From Rebecca billardiae RCC1528 (lineage: Eukaryota > Protista > Haptophyta), in NCBI GenBank assembly GCA_965240325.2, contig OZ251225.1, forward strand, positions 2,728,001-2,792,000: 64,000 nt of DNA. The letters are read 5' to 3'. Below, one piece after another: positions 45,787 to 57,333 of the stretch. The position numbers and the translations under genes were made by a program. The stretch's first letter is position 1; each line of letters begins with the position of its first letter. Below the pieces are notes generated by a model. That model ran no database searches and was not told where the DNA came from. It worked only from the letters and a program-made list of their open reading frames with translations.

Positions 45787-46009
45787 CCAGAGGAGAGCTG
45801 CCCATCCTCGGCGTCGAGGGGCGACTGCCGCAGCCGCGCGATCCGGCGGTACTACGTCTTGGCAACGCGGGCCTTGCTGCCGACATCTTACTCGGTACTT
45901 GTATCATTCGGAATAAATTGCTTCGACACAGTCCGGAGGCTCAACTTTCCGCCGCGACCCGCCCGGGCCGGCCCGGCGCCCACCGCCCTCGCGGCCCGAA
46001 GCACGCGTG

Positions 46010-48156
46010 ATGCTCTCGCGCCGCTCGCTTGTGCTCGCGCTGGCGGGGCTCGGCGCGATCATCGGCGCACTTCTGCTCTTTCAGCCCGACGGGACGTCTT
46101 CCTCCCCTCTGCAGCTCGGAGGTGGTGCGAAGCCACTGTTCGTGCCCGTCGCTGTCTCCTACCAGGGCGGCGGCTGGCGCGCCATGTTCGCGTGCATGGG
46201 CGTCACGCGCGCGCTCTCGCGCGCCGGCGTGTTCGGGCCCGAGTACGCGCGGCAGCTGCAGGTGCTCTCCTCCAACTCGGGTGGCTCGTGGTTCCTTAGC
46301 CAGCTCGCGTACTCCGAGTCGTTCTACGGCAACGTGACGGGCGAAGAGCACCAGGTCGCGCAAATGGTGCATGACTGGATGGGGAAGCAGCGCTCGCAGC
46401 TGCAGCCACCGTCCGAGAAGGTGATCGAGAACCTCAAGCAGTGGCTCGGCTCCACGTCGCTGGAAGGGCGAGCCCTTGTCCTCATCTTCAAGCTCGTCGA
46501 CTGGTTCCGGAAGCGCCCGCTCCTCACCTCGCTGCTGTGCTGGTCTGTACGGAAACAGTGGGCCGCATGTGAGCTCATGCTTAGCGCTACTGTGGGAGGC
46601 ATCTCGCTCGGCGCGGAGACGCAGGGTAGCTGGTACGTGTGGGCAGTGGCGCGCTCGGAGCAACGCCCATGCGCACCACGCTTTGCCCGCCCGCCCACCA
46701 GCAGCAGTCCAGCACTCCTGCCCGGCTGGCAGCTGCTGCTGCTGCCCGTCCTTACTCCCGACCACCCTGCTGTGCCCACACCGCTCACCGCCACTGCAGG
46801 CACCTCATGATCGAGCGTATGCTCAACACAGCCGACCCGACGTTCAAGGACAAGACAGCCACCACCAAAGATCGGCACGCCAAGCTCACCGGCCCCGAGC
46901 TGCGCATCCAGATTGCCAATATGACGTCGAGCTTTGCAAACTATGACGCGCGCAAGCAGACGAGCCTCAGCTGGCGCCTTACAGACGCTGGCGGGCCCGC
47001 CTCGATGATGGCAACGCCGATTACGTGGAGCATCGCCGGCGCAGCTGACGCGCGGAACGGCTGGGTGTCCGAGCCGATCTCGATCAGCGAGGCAGCCAGG
47101 TCCGCTGTGAACTCGGCTGCATCTGGCGGCTGGCAGACGGCACCGCTGCCGCCTGTCTGGCTCGGGACGGATGCACCGCCAGTGAGTGCCGTCGCCGCGC
47201 TCTCTTCGGCTGCGGGCGCGCTGCTTGGCTCGGCAAACTGGACGGTCGCCATGGCCCGCAGCTTCATCAACGGTCTCGAGCAGGCTGCACCTGACTCTGA
47301 GCCTGGCGCTGACGCAATCTGCTCGGCCGATGACAAGGCTGAGATGGCGCAGGCGGCTGAGGAGCTGGTCAACCTGCTCGAACTCTCCAATCCCAGCAAG
47401 GAGGTTGACAGCTACTCGCAGGAGTGCCAGGATGTCCTCGATAACTACTGCAAGAAGCTCTACCCGCCTTTCGAGGACCCCATCCATTTTGTCCGCAACT
47501 TTGCCCAGTGCGTGTTTGGGCTGTTGTACGTGTGCACGTATGAGGACTACCTCACTCCAGTGATCACCAAGTTCCAGGACATGGCACCGTGCGTGCAGGA
47601 GCCGAGCGCAGACGTGCTGCCTTGGGCCGAGCGGCGGTGCGAGTTCCCTCACGTGCGCATGGCTGACGGTGGGTACGTGGACAACACTGCCGTCGCAACC
47701 GCCATAGCAGGCATGCAGGCCCAAGCGCAGAGCCAGGTCAAGAAGCTCCGTGTGGTCGCCGTGGCAAACGACGACTGCACGCCGCCTCAGTGTGTGCACG
47801 AGTCGCTCTCGATGCTCTTCCGCTCGGACGACCCTGCGCAGAACCCGGTGGAGCCGTCACCCCCGCCCCTGGTGTTTGACCTGTCGTGGTCAGACGTGCG
47901 CCTGGAGACAGTGCCTGGCACGCAGTACGTCTCTATCGGCCAGGCCTCGACCATGACGCTCGAGAACGAGTGGTACGGCGTTGAGGGCGGCTGGCCTGTC
48001 GAGGTGCTGCTCATCTCGGTCGACGCGCCAGTAAGCATCGTGGTGGGTGTCTCGACGGACAGCACCACCATCAACAAGATGGCTGATGCGTCGCAGGAGG
48101 CAAGCTCGGCTGGCGTGACAGCCTACATCCAGGCATGGCTCCGCAGCACTCAGTGA
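46010..48156 (+). CDS. Patatin/lysophospholipase-like lipase with an N-terminal anchor; join(46010..46546,46625..46632,46800..48156)
   Basis: GGGWRA oxyanion loop, SNSGG nucleophile elbow, DGGYVDN catalytic Asp. Intron 46633-46799 is needed to keep the frame; intron 46547-46624 is in-frame and optional. Confidence 0.75.
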
Positions 48157-48493
48157 GTCACAGTCTGATCGCTGCTCCGACGAGCGCCTTGCCGACCACT
48201 TCCAGGCCAAGCTCACCGAACTGCCCACCCTTACGAATAACTCCCTACTACTAGTAGTAGTACTACTCAGACCTGACCTGGCCACTACAAGCCTATGACA
48301 CTGCTGTGCGGCAGGAGCTGCTTGGACGACTCTCTTCTAGATCTGGAAAGCACTCCGGGCGGAGAGTTCCACAGTCATCGGGATCGCTCGGGATCTCTCG
48401 TCCGCCAGAATTTGCGCGCCTTTCGCCCAATTTGCTGCTGGCATTTTCCGACGTTCAGACTGCTGAGCGGCCCCGTGTCATCACGCGATCAGC

Positions 48494-50533
48494 ATGCTCG
48501 CTCGCGCGTTCGCCGGCCGCTCGCGCCCCTGGCGAGCCCCGCCGGCGATGCGGCCGCTAGCCGTGCGCTCGGCGGGGGCTGGGCTGCGTGCGCTTCGTGC
48601 CGCGAGCCTATCGAGCCAGAGTGGCGTGTCGCACGCGGACCGGCACGGCCGATCGCTCGCGTTGCGCGCGGAGGAGATGTCGGTGCGGGGGCTCGCGGCC
48701 GCGCTCCGCGTCAGCGAGAGCGAGCTGCTCGAGATGATCGCGGACCTCGGGGAGGACGCGGCGGATCCGACCGCGCCGCTGGAGCTCGAGGTGGCGCAGC
48801 TGCTCGCGCAGGAGCACGGGGCTCACCTATCGCTCTCGCGCGCGAGCTCGACCCGCGCCGACCCTGAGGACAGCCCCGACGCAGCGGCAGAGGCGCACGA
48901 GGCGCAAGGGAAGTCGGCGTCGAGAGCGGTCGCGGCCGAGGTGGACGAGGACGACGAGTCCGCCCCGCGCCCCGCCGTCGTGGCGGTGATGGGCCACGTC
49001 GATCACGGCAAGACGTCGCTCCTCGACGCGCTGCGCTCGACGTCGCGCGCGGCCGGCGAGGCGGGCGGGATCACACAGCGGCTGGCCGCGTTCTCGTCGG
49101 GCGGGCTGACGTGGCTGGACACGCCGGGGCACGCGCTGTTCACCGCGATGCGCGCGCGCGGCGCCGCGCTCACCGACGTCGGGCTGCTCGTCGTCGCCGC
49201 CGACCAGGGCGCGCAGCCGCAGACGGCGGAGGCGGTCCGCGTGCTGCGCGAGGGGTCAGTGCCGTTTATCGTCGCGCTGAATAAGATGGACAAGCCCGGC
49301 GCGGACGCGAACGCGGCGCGGCTGAGCCTGCTGGAGCACGGCGTGGTGGCGGAGGAGCTCGGCGGCGACGTGCCCACCGTCGAGGTCTCCGCCTCCAAGC
49401 GCACCAACCTCGACGCGATGTGCGAGCTACTGCAGATGCAAGCTGAGCTGCTCGAGCTGCGCGCGCGGCCGGGCGCGCCGGTCGGCGGCGCGGTGCTGGA
49501 GGCGGACGTGACGCCGCAGCGGGGCGTGCTCGCGACGGTGCTGCTCTCGCAGGGCACGCTGCGCACCGGCGACATCGTCGTCGCCGGCATGGCCTGGGCG
49601 CGCGTGCGCGCGCTCACCACGGACGACGGCCGCTTGCTGAGCGAGGTGGGCGCGGGCGTCCCTGTGAGTGTCGCGGGCTTCCGCTCGGTGCCCGCCCCTG
49701 GGGAGCGGCTGTTCAGCGCGGCGTCGGAGCGGCGCGCGCGACAGCTGGTCGGGGCGCGGGAGCGCCGCTCGGTGGACGCGTCGGCCGAGGAGCAGCGCGC
49801 CGCGCGCCGCAGGCGCACCGCCGCCAAGGCCGCCGCCATCGCGCGCGCGTCCTCCGACGGCGCGGCTGAACTGCTGGAGTCCCTGCCTGTGCCTGTCGTG
49901 GCAAAGGCGGAGAGTGGCGGCGGGCTCGAGGCGCTGGTGAGCGCGCTCGCGACGATCCCGGCGAAGCGCGCGCACGCGCTCGTCGTGCAGGCCTCGGTCG
50001 GGCAGATCGGCCCCTCCGACGTCGAGCTCGCCGAGACGTGCGGCGCGGCTGTGCTGGGGTACGCGGTGAGCGCGCCGCCCGCGGTGCAGGCGGAGGCGGA
50101 CAGGCGCGGCGTGCGGATCGCCACCTCGCCCGTGATCTACACGCTCGTCGACGACGCGCGCTCGGTGCTGTGCGACGCGCTGCCGCCGGACGTACGCGAG
50201 GACCGCGTGGGGCAGGCGGAGGTGCTCGCCTCCTTCACCATCACCGCCACGCCTGCGCTCGTCGCCAAGGGCGCTCCGAAGCGGCCCACCGTCGGCGGGA
50301 TGCGCGTGGTGACGGGCGAGCTGCGCGCCAAGGCGCACCTGCGCGTGCTGCGCGCGGGCGCTGTGGTGCACGAGGGCGCGGTGCTCTCCCTGCGGCACTT
50401 CAAGGACGACGTGACGGAGGTGTCGAAGGGCTCCGAGTGCGGCGTCATCCTCGAGGGCGGTTGGGCCGACTGGCAGCAGGGAGACGAGGTCGAGTGCATC
50501 CACTTCACCGAGACGCGCCCCACGCTCGAGTGA
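48494..50533 (+). CDS. infB: Organellar (probably mitochondrial) translation initiation factor IF-2
   Basis: GHVDHGKT, EAGGITQ, DTPGH, MRARGAALTD, NKMD, SLRHFKDDVTEVSKGSECG. Arg/Ala-rich N-terminal presequence. Confidence 0.93.
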   Translation: MLARAFAGRSRPWRAPPAMRPLAVRSAGAGLRALRAASLSSQSGVSHADRHGRSLALRAEEMSVRGLAAALRVSESELLEMIADLGEDAADPTAPLELEVAQLLAQEHGAHLSLSRASSTRADPEDSPDAAAEAHEAQGKSASRAVAAEVDEDDESAPRPAVVAVMGHVDHGKTSLLDALRSTSRAAGEAGGITQRLAAFSSGGLTWLDTPGHALFTAMRARGAALTDVGLLVVAADQGAQPQTAEAVRVLREGSVPFIVALNKMDKPGADANAARLSLLEHGVVAEELGGDVPTVEVSASKRTNLDAMCELLQMQAELLELRARPGAPVGGAVLEADVTPQRGVLATVLLSQGTLRTGDIVVAGMAWARVRALTTDDGRLLSEVGAGVPVSVAGFRSVPAPGERLFSAASERRARQLVGARERRSVDASAEEQRAARRRRTAAKAAAIARASSDGAAELLESLPVPVVAKAESGGGLEALVSALATIPAKRAHALVVQASVGQIGPSDVELAETCGAAVLGYAVSAPPAVQAEADRRGVRIATSPVIYTLVDDARSVLCDALPPDVREDRVGQAEVLASFTITATPALVAKGAPKRPTVGGMRVVTGELRAKAHLRVLRAGAVVHEGAVLSLRHFKDDVTEVSKGSECGVILEGGWADWQQGDEVECIHFTETRPTLE

Positions 50534-51027
50534 GCACTCGTCTGCCGCCGTCTCGGCGTGGTCTGGGTCTGCTCAGTGGTCTCACTGGCCGCTGCTCATC
50601 ACGCGTCGTCACGGAACACGCGCGTGCGTAGTTAGTCCCATATCATTCATCAGCAGTCCTATCGTCATTCATCAGCAGTACGTATCATGTAGTGCCGGCC
50701 GCGCGCGCCAGCAGCAGCCTCGATTGGCCGCCTGGGGCGGCCTGGGCCATCACCCACCATGCCGCATGCGGTCAGCGGTGAGTGCCCATCATCATCATCA
50801 AATCAGTGATGACGATGAGCGTGAACATTGATAAATCGTGATCAGCACTTGATCGCATCATCACGCCGCGGGCTGCGCAGCATGCGCGCCGCCCGCACGA
50901 GCTGGTTCGGCGTGATCCGTCGCAAGCGGGGAGCCGGGAGGATCGGGCGTCGCGGGTGGGCGGCGCACCCTGCGCGAAGCCGCACGACGGCGACCGTCGC
51001 GCATCGCCACCATCACCATCAGGGGCA

Positions 51028-52389
51028 TCACGCAATCGGCGCTGGACGAGGCGGCACCACTGTCGGCAGGATGACCTTGTCAGCCGGGCGTGGCATGAAA
51101 GTCGTGAGCGACTTGGCAAAGTCGAAGACGACCAGGTCGACGAACAGGAAGCCGATGGAGCCGAACATGAAGCTGTCCGGCGCCTCTTTCACCAGCCCCT
51201 CGTCCATCGGCCCAAACTCGTAGAGCTGTTTGAGCTGGTCGACTGCGATCGGGAGGCGAGAGACCGAGCCTCCCGGGCCAGCCATCACGATGTTGACAGT
51301 CCCTCCGGCGAGCGCACCGCCCCAGCCCGCACGCAGCGCCTGCATGAAGGCGGACGGAAACTTGAGCGACGACGCGCCCGTGTCCAAGATCGAGTTGTGC
51401 CCCGTACCCAAGACGCGAAACTCCTTGTTCACCACCGCGGCCCCGTCGACGACGACCTCAAAGCCCGTCACGTTGAGGACAAAGTAGCCCGAGAAGCTCG
51501 ACAGCACCGGGCCGATGCGCGCCTGCGGGTCGAAGTGCTCGTTGTCCTCCGCGGCGTCATCGAGGTACATCTGCCCTGCGCCCTCGCCGACGTGGCCACT
51601 CCAGTGCAGGGCGAGCTTGGAGAGCGTTGGGCTCCCCGACATGAGATCTCGCAGCGGATTGGGGCCGCCTGTCTCCATGCGGATGTAGTTTGGGCTCGAG
51701 TAGTCGGCGCAGTTGGCCAGCGTCACGAGCGAGTCGTCGCGGTAGAACTTGAATCGCGTGATCTCCCGGCCGCCGATCCCGAAGATGCCGTTGAGCCAGA
51801 CGCCGCCCCCCGCGGTGAAGCCGTCGTCGGAGCAGAGCATGAGGGCTGACTCCTTCATCACGCTCAGGAAGCCGCCCGGGGAGAGCGCGACCGAACCGCC
51901 GTCGGTGCTGGGCACGCTCGTCTGGGCCATGTGGAAGTAGTAGCCCCACCAGCCGCTGAGCCCAGAGCCATACGACAGGCAAGCGATGGCTGGCCGCATC
52001 TCGCCTTGGACCTCAGCCTTGTAGCGCCCCTCCGGCGCGTACTGCGCGAGCGGCTCGAACGGCTTCCGCGAGCAGAAGGCGAGATTCGCCGAGCCGGCGT
52101 CGACCATGGTCCACTGCGGGGAGGTGCTCACTGGAGGGGAGCCCGCGCTGGTGGTCACCGGCACGAGGAAGGCCCAGCCCCAGAAGTCGGCGCCGGGCGT
52201 CGTGATCGCCTGCGGCGGGATCCACATCGGCTGCACGTTCATCGCGATGTGGAGGCTCCCAGGGCCGGACGCCGCGAGGCGCGAGGGCGGATCTGAGCGC
52301 GCGCCGCGCAGGGCCACCACGCAGAGGACGGTCGCTGCCGCGACGGCGAGCCCCGCTGCGCAGGACGCCGCTGCGCGCGGCAGCGCCAT
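51028..52389 (-). CDS. Pepsin-like (A1) aspartic protease with an N-terminal anchor
   Basis: VDAGSANL and ILDTGASSL are the two catalytic lobes. LSYGSG flap and NGIFGIG. Confidence 0.75.
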   Translation of the reverse strand: MALPRAAASCAAGLAVAAATVLCVVALRGARSDPPSRLAASGPGSLHIAMNVQPMWIPPQAITTPGADFWGWAFLVPVTTSAGSPPVSTSPQWTMVDAGSANLAFCSRKPFEPLAQYAPEGRYKAEVQGEMRPAIACLSYGSGLSGWWGYYFHMAQTSVPSTDGGSVALSPGGFLSVMKESALMLCSDDGFTAGGGVWLNGIFGIGGREITRFKFYRDDSLVTLANCADYSSPNYIRMETGGPNPLRDLMSGSPTLSKLALHWSGHVGEGAGQMYLDDAAEDNEHFDPQARIGPVLSSFSGYFVLNVTGFEVVVDGAAVVNKEFRVLGTGHNSILDTGASSLKFPSAFMQALRAGWGGALAGGTVNIVMAGPGGSVSRLPIAVDQLKQLYEFGPMDEGLVKEAPDSFMFGSIGFLFVDLVVFDFAKSLTTFMPRPADKVILPTVVPPRPAPIA

Positions 52390-52749
52390 CGGGCCGACCG
52401 ATCGGCGGCGCGAAAAGCGAGCGGGACTTATTCGACCAAAGTCCAAAGGACGACCATATTATCAAATCTCCAAATCAACTAATCAAGCAAGGGCCGTGAT
52501 CAAATTGAAAATACCCACGATGGCTTGATGAGGCTGTCCGCCCGGTTGACCAAGGCCCTTGGGTTGACAGTCTCCTCGGTACCTCTCCGACTCAGACGGG
52601 CTTTGCCGAGGTTGTCGAGGTTTGTCGAGGTTGCCGAGGTGGCGAAAACGTAGCAACCGACCCATCCGACCTCAAAGGTATTCATGACAGTCTTGATCAA
52701 TGACTGACGGGTCATCGTCAAACTCAAAGCAGTGGGAGCTACTGCGGCG

Positions 52750-54804
52750 TCACTCGTAGAAGGCAGCGTCCACGTCGGGCGGCACGGGAGCAAAGCCGCC
52801 GAGCTCGTGCGACGAGAGATCCACAGGCGCCCAGGGCCCGGCGGCCCGGCCACCCGCCGGCCCCGTGCTCGGCCGCCGGAGCGGTGCGATCGCCGAGCGC
52901 GCGCCACTTGGCGGCCGCCCTGGGCGCGACGGCTCCCGCGCCGGCTCGCTGTGCTGCCCGAGCTGCCCGCCCAGCGCCGGGCATCGATGGGCGAGACGCA
53001 CGACCGAGCCGCGCGGCCCGACGGCCGAAGGGTCACCGGCCAGCCCGTCAGGGATGACGGAGGGCGTGAGCGGCGGTGCGGGCACCCCGCTCACCCATCG
53101 CTCACGCGGGACGATGTTGGACTCTCGCGCCCCCGCAGCCGCGCGGGCTGCGGCTGCGCTCGAGAAAAGCCGTGCCCGCCCGCGCGCCGGCGCCATCGGC
53201 GGGGGCAGAGCCCCGGCCGTGGCTGGTCGAAGCGCATCGAGCGGCGAGACGACCGGCGGGCGCACGGCACGGCTGGCCGAGCGCGTCTTTTGCCTCGACA
53301 GGCGCGCGGCCACCACCCCGTGCGTACCCGCTTCGGCAGAGGCGCGCGTGAGGTGCGCGGAGCCCACGCGCGACGGTTGCAGCGACGGGCCCACAGACGT
53401 GGCCCGGGAGGGCGCGGGCGGCTGCAGGTACGGCTCGATGAGTCGCTGCAAGGGCGGCCACGTCGGGAGGGGCACGGTACCCTCGCCCGGCGTCGCGGCG
53501 AGCGGGATGAGCTCGTTCGCGACGAGTCGCACGAACGATGGCTGCTGCGCCGCGGTCGCGGCCGATCCCTCCGCCTCGACCGCCAACAGCTGGCGGTCGT
53601 CGGCGCCGCCCGCATCCATCGCGCTGGCCGCGCGGCCGACGCTCTCAGCGTGCGCGGAGGGCGAGGCCAGCGACGAGCCGGCGTCGAGCTCGCTCAGCTG
53701 CTGCACCAGCCGCTGACGCAGCGCGTCGTTCGAGAGCACCCGCGGCGCCGAGAGCTTGGGCCCGCTCGGCAGGAAGGCACGGTGCGGCGCGCTGCTCAGC
53801 CGCGAGAGCTCAGCCTCGAGCGCGCTGCCCTCGGCCGAGTCCGCGCGCGCCGGCCACCACTGCGAGCCGCCGCGAGCGTGCGCGCGCACGCGCTGCGCCT
53901 CGCGCTCCTCTCGCCGCGAGAGCGCGACGTACATGCCGAACGGGCTGAGCGACGGCCCGCCCAGCTCGGACGGCATCACATCGCCCAGCCCGGAGTGATG
54001 GGCGCCGCCGCTCGTCGCCGGCCGCGGGCCGTCGACCGCCGGCGCCAGCGGGAGCGCGTGCTCCGCATCGGCGTGCGCGCGCACGTCCGCCGGTGCGGAC
54101 GTGGCTCGTGCCGCGAACGCATCCTGCGCATCGATCGCCGCGCTGCTCGCGGCGCCCGACGCACACGCAGCCGGCGGCGGAGAGCCGGCGGCGCCTAGTG
54201 CCTCAGGCGAGTGCAAGTGCACAGGGTGGCCGCCAGACATGTGCACGCGCGGCACCGTCGGGATGGGGACGGCGGCCCTGCCCGGCGGTCTGGATGGTGA
54301 GAGCACGCGCGAAGACGAGCGAGACGGACGCTGCTCCGGCGGCGGTGGCCCGCGCACTGCGTGCAATGCTGCGCCCGTGACCGCTCCTCGCGTGGCCAGC
54401 TCGTCATCCTCCTCCTCGTCGCCGTCGTCATGGATGATGCTCCGAGCTAGGCCGCCGAAGGCCGCCTCGACTTTGGCAAGCTTGCCGTGAGCCGCCTGCA
54501 GCTCGCGGCGCAGCTGGTCGCGCTCGTGGTTCGCGTGCTGCGCCTCGAGCAGCGTGCGCTGCAGCAGCAGCCGGCCCATCTCGACCTGCAGCTGCTGCGT
54601 CTCCAACTCATCGTGCTGCTGGCCGAGCTGGGTGACGAGCGCGTCGCGGTACTCGCTCAGGTTCTCGACCTGTGCGCGGAGCCTCGACGCCTCTGCGCGC
54701 GCATCCTCGCGCCCGGACGATGCTGTCGGCCGGGCGCCGAGGGACGGCGCCACCATCTCCCGCTTGCGAGCGGCTTGGGCTACGAACAAAAGCGTGATGC
54801 CCAT
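52750..54804 (-). CDS. Hypothetical protein: N-terminal coiled coil, disordered remainder
   Basis: 684-aa ORF with a heptad-rich segment LRAQVENLSEYRDALVTQL...LAKVEAAF. Confidence 0.6.
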   Translation of the reverse strand: MGITLLFVAQAARKREMVAPSLGARPTASSGREDARAEASRLRAQVENLSEYRDALVTQLGQQHDELETQQLQVEMGRLLLQRTLLEAQHANHERDQLRRELQAAHGKLAKVEAAFGGLARSIIHDDGDEEEDDELATRGAVTGAALHAVRGPPPPEQRPSRSSSRVLSPSRPPGRAAVPIPTVPRVHMSGGHPVHLHSPEALGAAGSPPPAACASGAASSAAIDAQDAFAARATSAPADVRAHADAEHALPLAPAVDGPRPATSGGAHHSGLGDVMPSELGGPSLSPFGMYVALSRREEREAQRVRAHARGGSQWWPARADSAEGSALEAELSRLSSAPHRAFLPSGPKLSAPRVLSNDALRQRLVQQLSELDAGSSLASPSAHAESVGRAASAMDAGGADDRQLLAVEAEGSAATAAQQPSFVRLVANELIPLAATPGEGTVPLPTWPPLQRLIEPYLQPPAPSRATSVGPSLQPSRVGSAHLTRASAEAGTHGVVAARLSRQKTRSASRAVRPPVVSPLDALRPATAGALPPPMAPARGRARLFSSAAAARAAAGARESNIVPRERWVSGVPAPPLTPSVIPDGLAGDPSAVGPRGSVVRLAHRCPALGGQLGQHSEPAREPSRPGRPPSGARSAIAPLRRPSTGPAGGRAAGPWAPVDLSSHELGGFAPVPPDVDAAFYE

Positions 54805-54899
54805 GCACGCTCGCGAGGTCGGCTCAGCTGCCAGTATACGACGAGTAACAGCAACCTCACCCTCATTTATTTTTATTTATTCCTCAAACGCGACAATCA

Positions 54900-55118
54900 G
54901 CAGCCGCGGCTGCCGTCTGCCGCAGCTGCTCGCCGCTAGGTCGGCGGGCGGCGACATTGACTACGACCTCACCCTCATCCAAGTGCTCCGGACGGCGCTC
55001 GGCCGCGGCGGCATCTGCCGTCGCCGCCGCGTGCCCCAGGCCGAGGCGGTGCTCCATCCCGGCCCTGCTCCCTCAGAGGGGCAGGGCTGCGGGTGGCGCA
55101 TTGCCTGACCTGGTTGGA
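54900..55118 (+). repeat. ~220-bp dispersed repeat with an inverted copy at 60385-60612
   Basis: Both copies translate as QLLAARSAGGDIDYDLTLIQVLR(T/K)ALGRGGIC. Confidence 0.85.
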
Positions 55119-55286
55119 AGGCGCGGCGGACGCATTCTATGTGTCTGCTGCACTCTGAGCCTGACGCTTGCCCGTTGCATACCACGTCGTTATATATATG
55201 CGACGCGATGATGACATCTTTTTTTTCGTGCGTAGTCAGTCTTTGCCCTATAATCTCGCCTGCATGAGCTGTGTGCGTCTCTTATT

Positions 55287-57333
55287 CTTATGGCGCACGG
55301 CCCCCCCCCCGAAAGGTCTGAGCGTGAGCGAAAGCCGGGGGGGGGGCGGCGCACGTGCTCCGCAAAATCAAAAAGAGGATGCGCGCAGGATTTTGGCGGG
55401 GATTTTTGTGGGTGGCATTAGGTGTGAGCGTACGTATGAGTAGATATCGCTGCCAATGATTGCGTTTGTAGTGGATGCTAATTTTAACGATAGTAACACT
55501 TAGGGGAATGCCGGGTGGAATAGCACATAACACCAGCCGTGTGTTCGAACATTCCGTCATAGTAAGATGCTTGAATCGTAAGAGCCTGAAACAGTGAAAC
55601 AGCTCGCCAACCATAGGAAAGAGAGGTTGAGTCAGATACTAATAGAACAATTCCCTCGCTGAATAGCACGGCCTTCTTGGCCCAATGCGGGTGGGATTCG
55701 ACATCTCTATCTGCGAGGATTAAGAGCTCTCTGATGAAAGAAGTGTGGTGAGTGTGTCCTAGACAGCCTGAGCGGAAAGGGCAATAATTGCGATTGTCAT
55801 TCAAGATTCCTCACCCCTTATTGCAAACTGATTCCGAAGCCAATGCGGGTGTGATCGACGCGTTGTGCTATAAGAGCTCGTCTCGATCATTACAGTATTG
55901 CTACAAAAGGCGCTGCCACTGCCTTGGCCACTGGCCACGCAAACTCGACGCGGGCTCGCGAACAGGCGGGCAATGCACGCGATCGTTCAATCCGACAAGA
56001 CTCAGCGCAGGTGCGCGCAGATCTGCGGCGGGTCCCAACGGCCGTCGGCATCGCATTCGTGCCTCGTTCACCCCGCGCGCCCCGCCCTGCCATGCCTCTT
56101 CGGCCCAGTGCGTTTTCCAACCGAGCACGTCGTCACTCGGTCGCACGAACGCGGCCGTTGTCGACCGGCTCGTAGCTGACCATTCGCGCGCCCGCGCGCG
56201 CCACGCCGCACGCCGCGCAGCTGAGGCTCTCGGCATGTTCAGAAGTCGCTCGCCCAACCCTCACCGCTCACGCTCGCGCCGTCCATGACCATGGCCGAGC
56301 TGTGATGGCTGAGCCGCGTGCGGCGTGCTGACGGCTGCGCATGGCGGCGCGGCAAGCAGCGCGCAGATCTGCGGGCGACGCCGACGAGGCTGGCCGCTGG
56401 GCGAGTCCTCGCAGCACGAGCTGGACCGCGCACATCTATCTATTTTGCTCGCGACAGAGGCTGGGCGAGTCCTCGCAGCACGAGCTGGACCGCGCACATC
56501 TGTTTTGCTCTCGTCCGCCGGTCTCGAGTCACCATCCACGGCTTGACTGGCGCATGGGCGGGCGTTTGTTTGGCGCGCGAGCCGCGCGCTGACCGTGAGG
56601 AGGGGCTCTGGCGCTCACTCGACGGATGCCTGACCGTGCCTGACACGAGAGCCACAGGCTTAGATCTGCGAGCGGCGAGCCCGCGATGATGGCGAGTTGG
56701 CATATGCTACGGGCGACGCCGTGCTCCCCTCTCCGCGGGCTCTCGCCCGTGCTCGCAGTAGTCCTCGCGCTCCGGGCCGTCGGCCGACAGCACCCGCGGC
56801 GGCACCGACGCGCACAGCCATGCAGCGGCCCTCGCACCGAGTGCATCGACGCGGCGGCGAGGCTGACAGACAAAGGCGTGCAAGGAGCGGCTACTGCGGC
56901 TGCGGGAGGTCGTAGATAGACAGGCTCGAGCCGCGGCTGCTCGCGACGCTCTTCCCCGCAGCGAGCTCGTCCGACGCTGCGCCGATCCCGCCGAGCGCGC
57001 GAGGCTGTGCGAGGCTGAGACGGGCGAGCTGCCGAGTGCGATCTCCGCGCTGCGCGCGGCAGCGCGGCCACAGACAACAGGGCTGCCCGATGCGCACCGG
57101 GCGGAGGCGCTGCGGCTGCTGCGCGTCGAGTTCGACAGGCGGCGCAGCCCCCCGAGGCCCGGGCCGTCGACCGCGTCGATTCACGATTACTCGCGCCCGC
57201 GCCTCCTGCACGGCGACGTGCCGGGCGCAGCGCATCGTGATTCGGTGAAGAACGCGACGACTATTGCATACCAGTAGGGCCGTGCGCCCTCAACTTCGTT
57301 GTTTACTACCCGAAGATCGGCGTAGCCGATCAT
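55287..57333 (+). mobile_element. Non-autonomous Helentron/HINE-like element, family 1, copy B
   Basis: Starts CTTAT then subTIR GGCGCACGGCCC (55292-55303). Inverse subTIR at 57277-57288 and hairpin GATCGGC-GTA-GCCGATC at 57315-57331. Shares about 480 bp of 5' end and 60 bp of 3' end with copy A. Confidence 0.75.

Noticed and set aside
56396-56501. 42-bp direct repeat (56396-56437 and 56460-56501)
   Set aside because: Two copies only; a local duplication inside HINE copy B.
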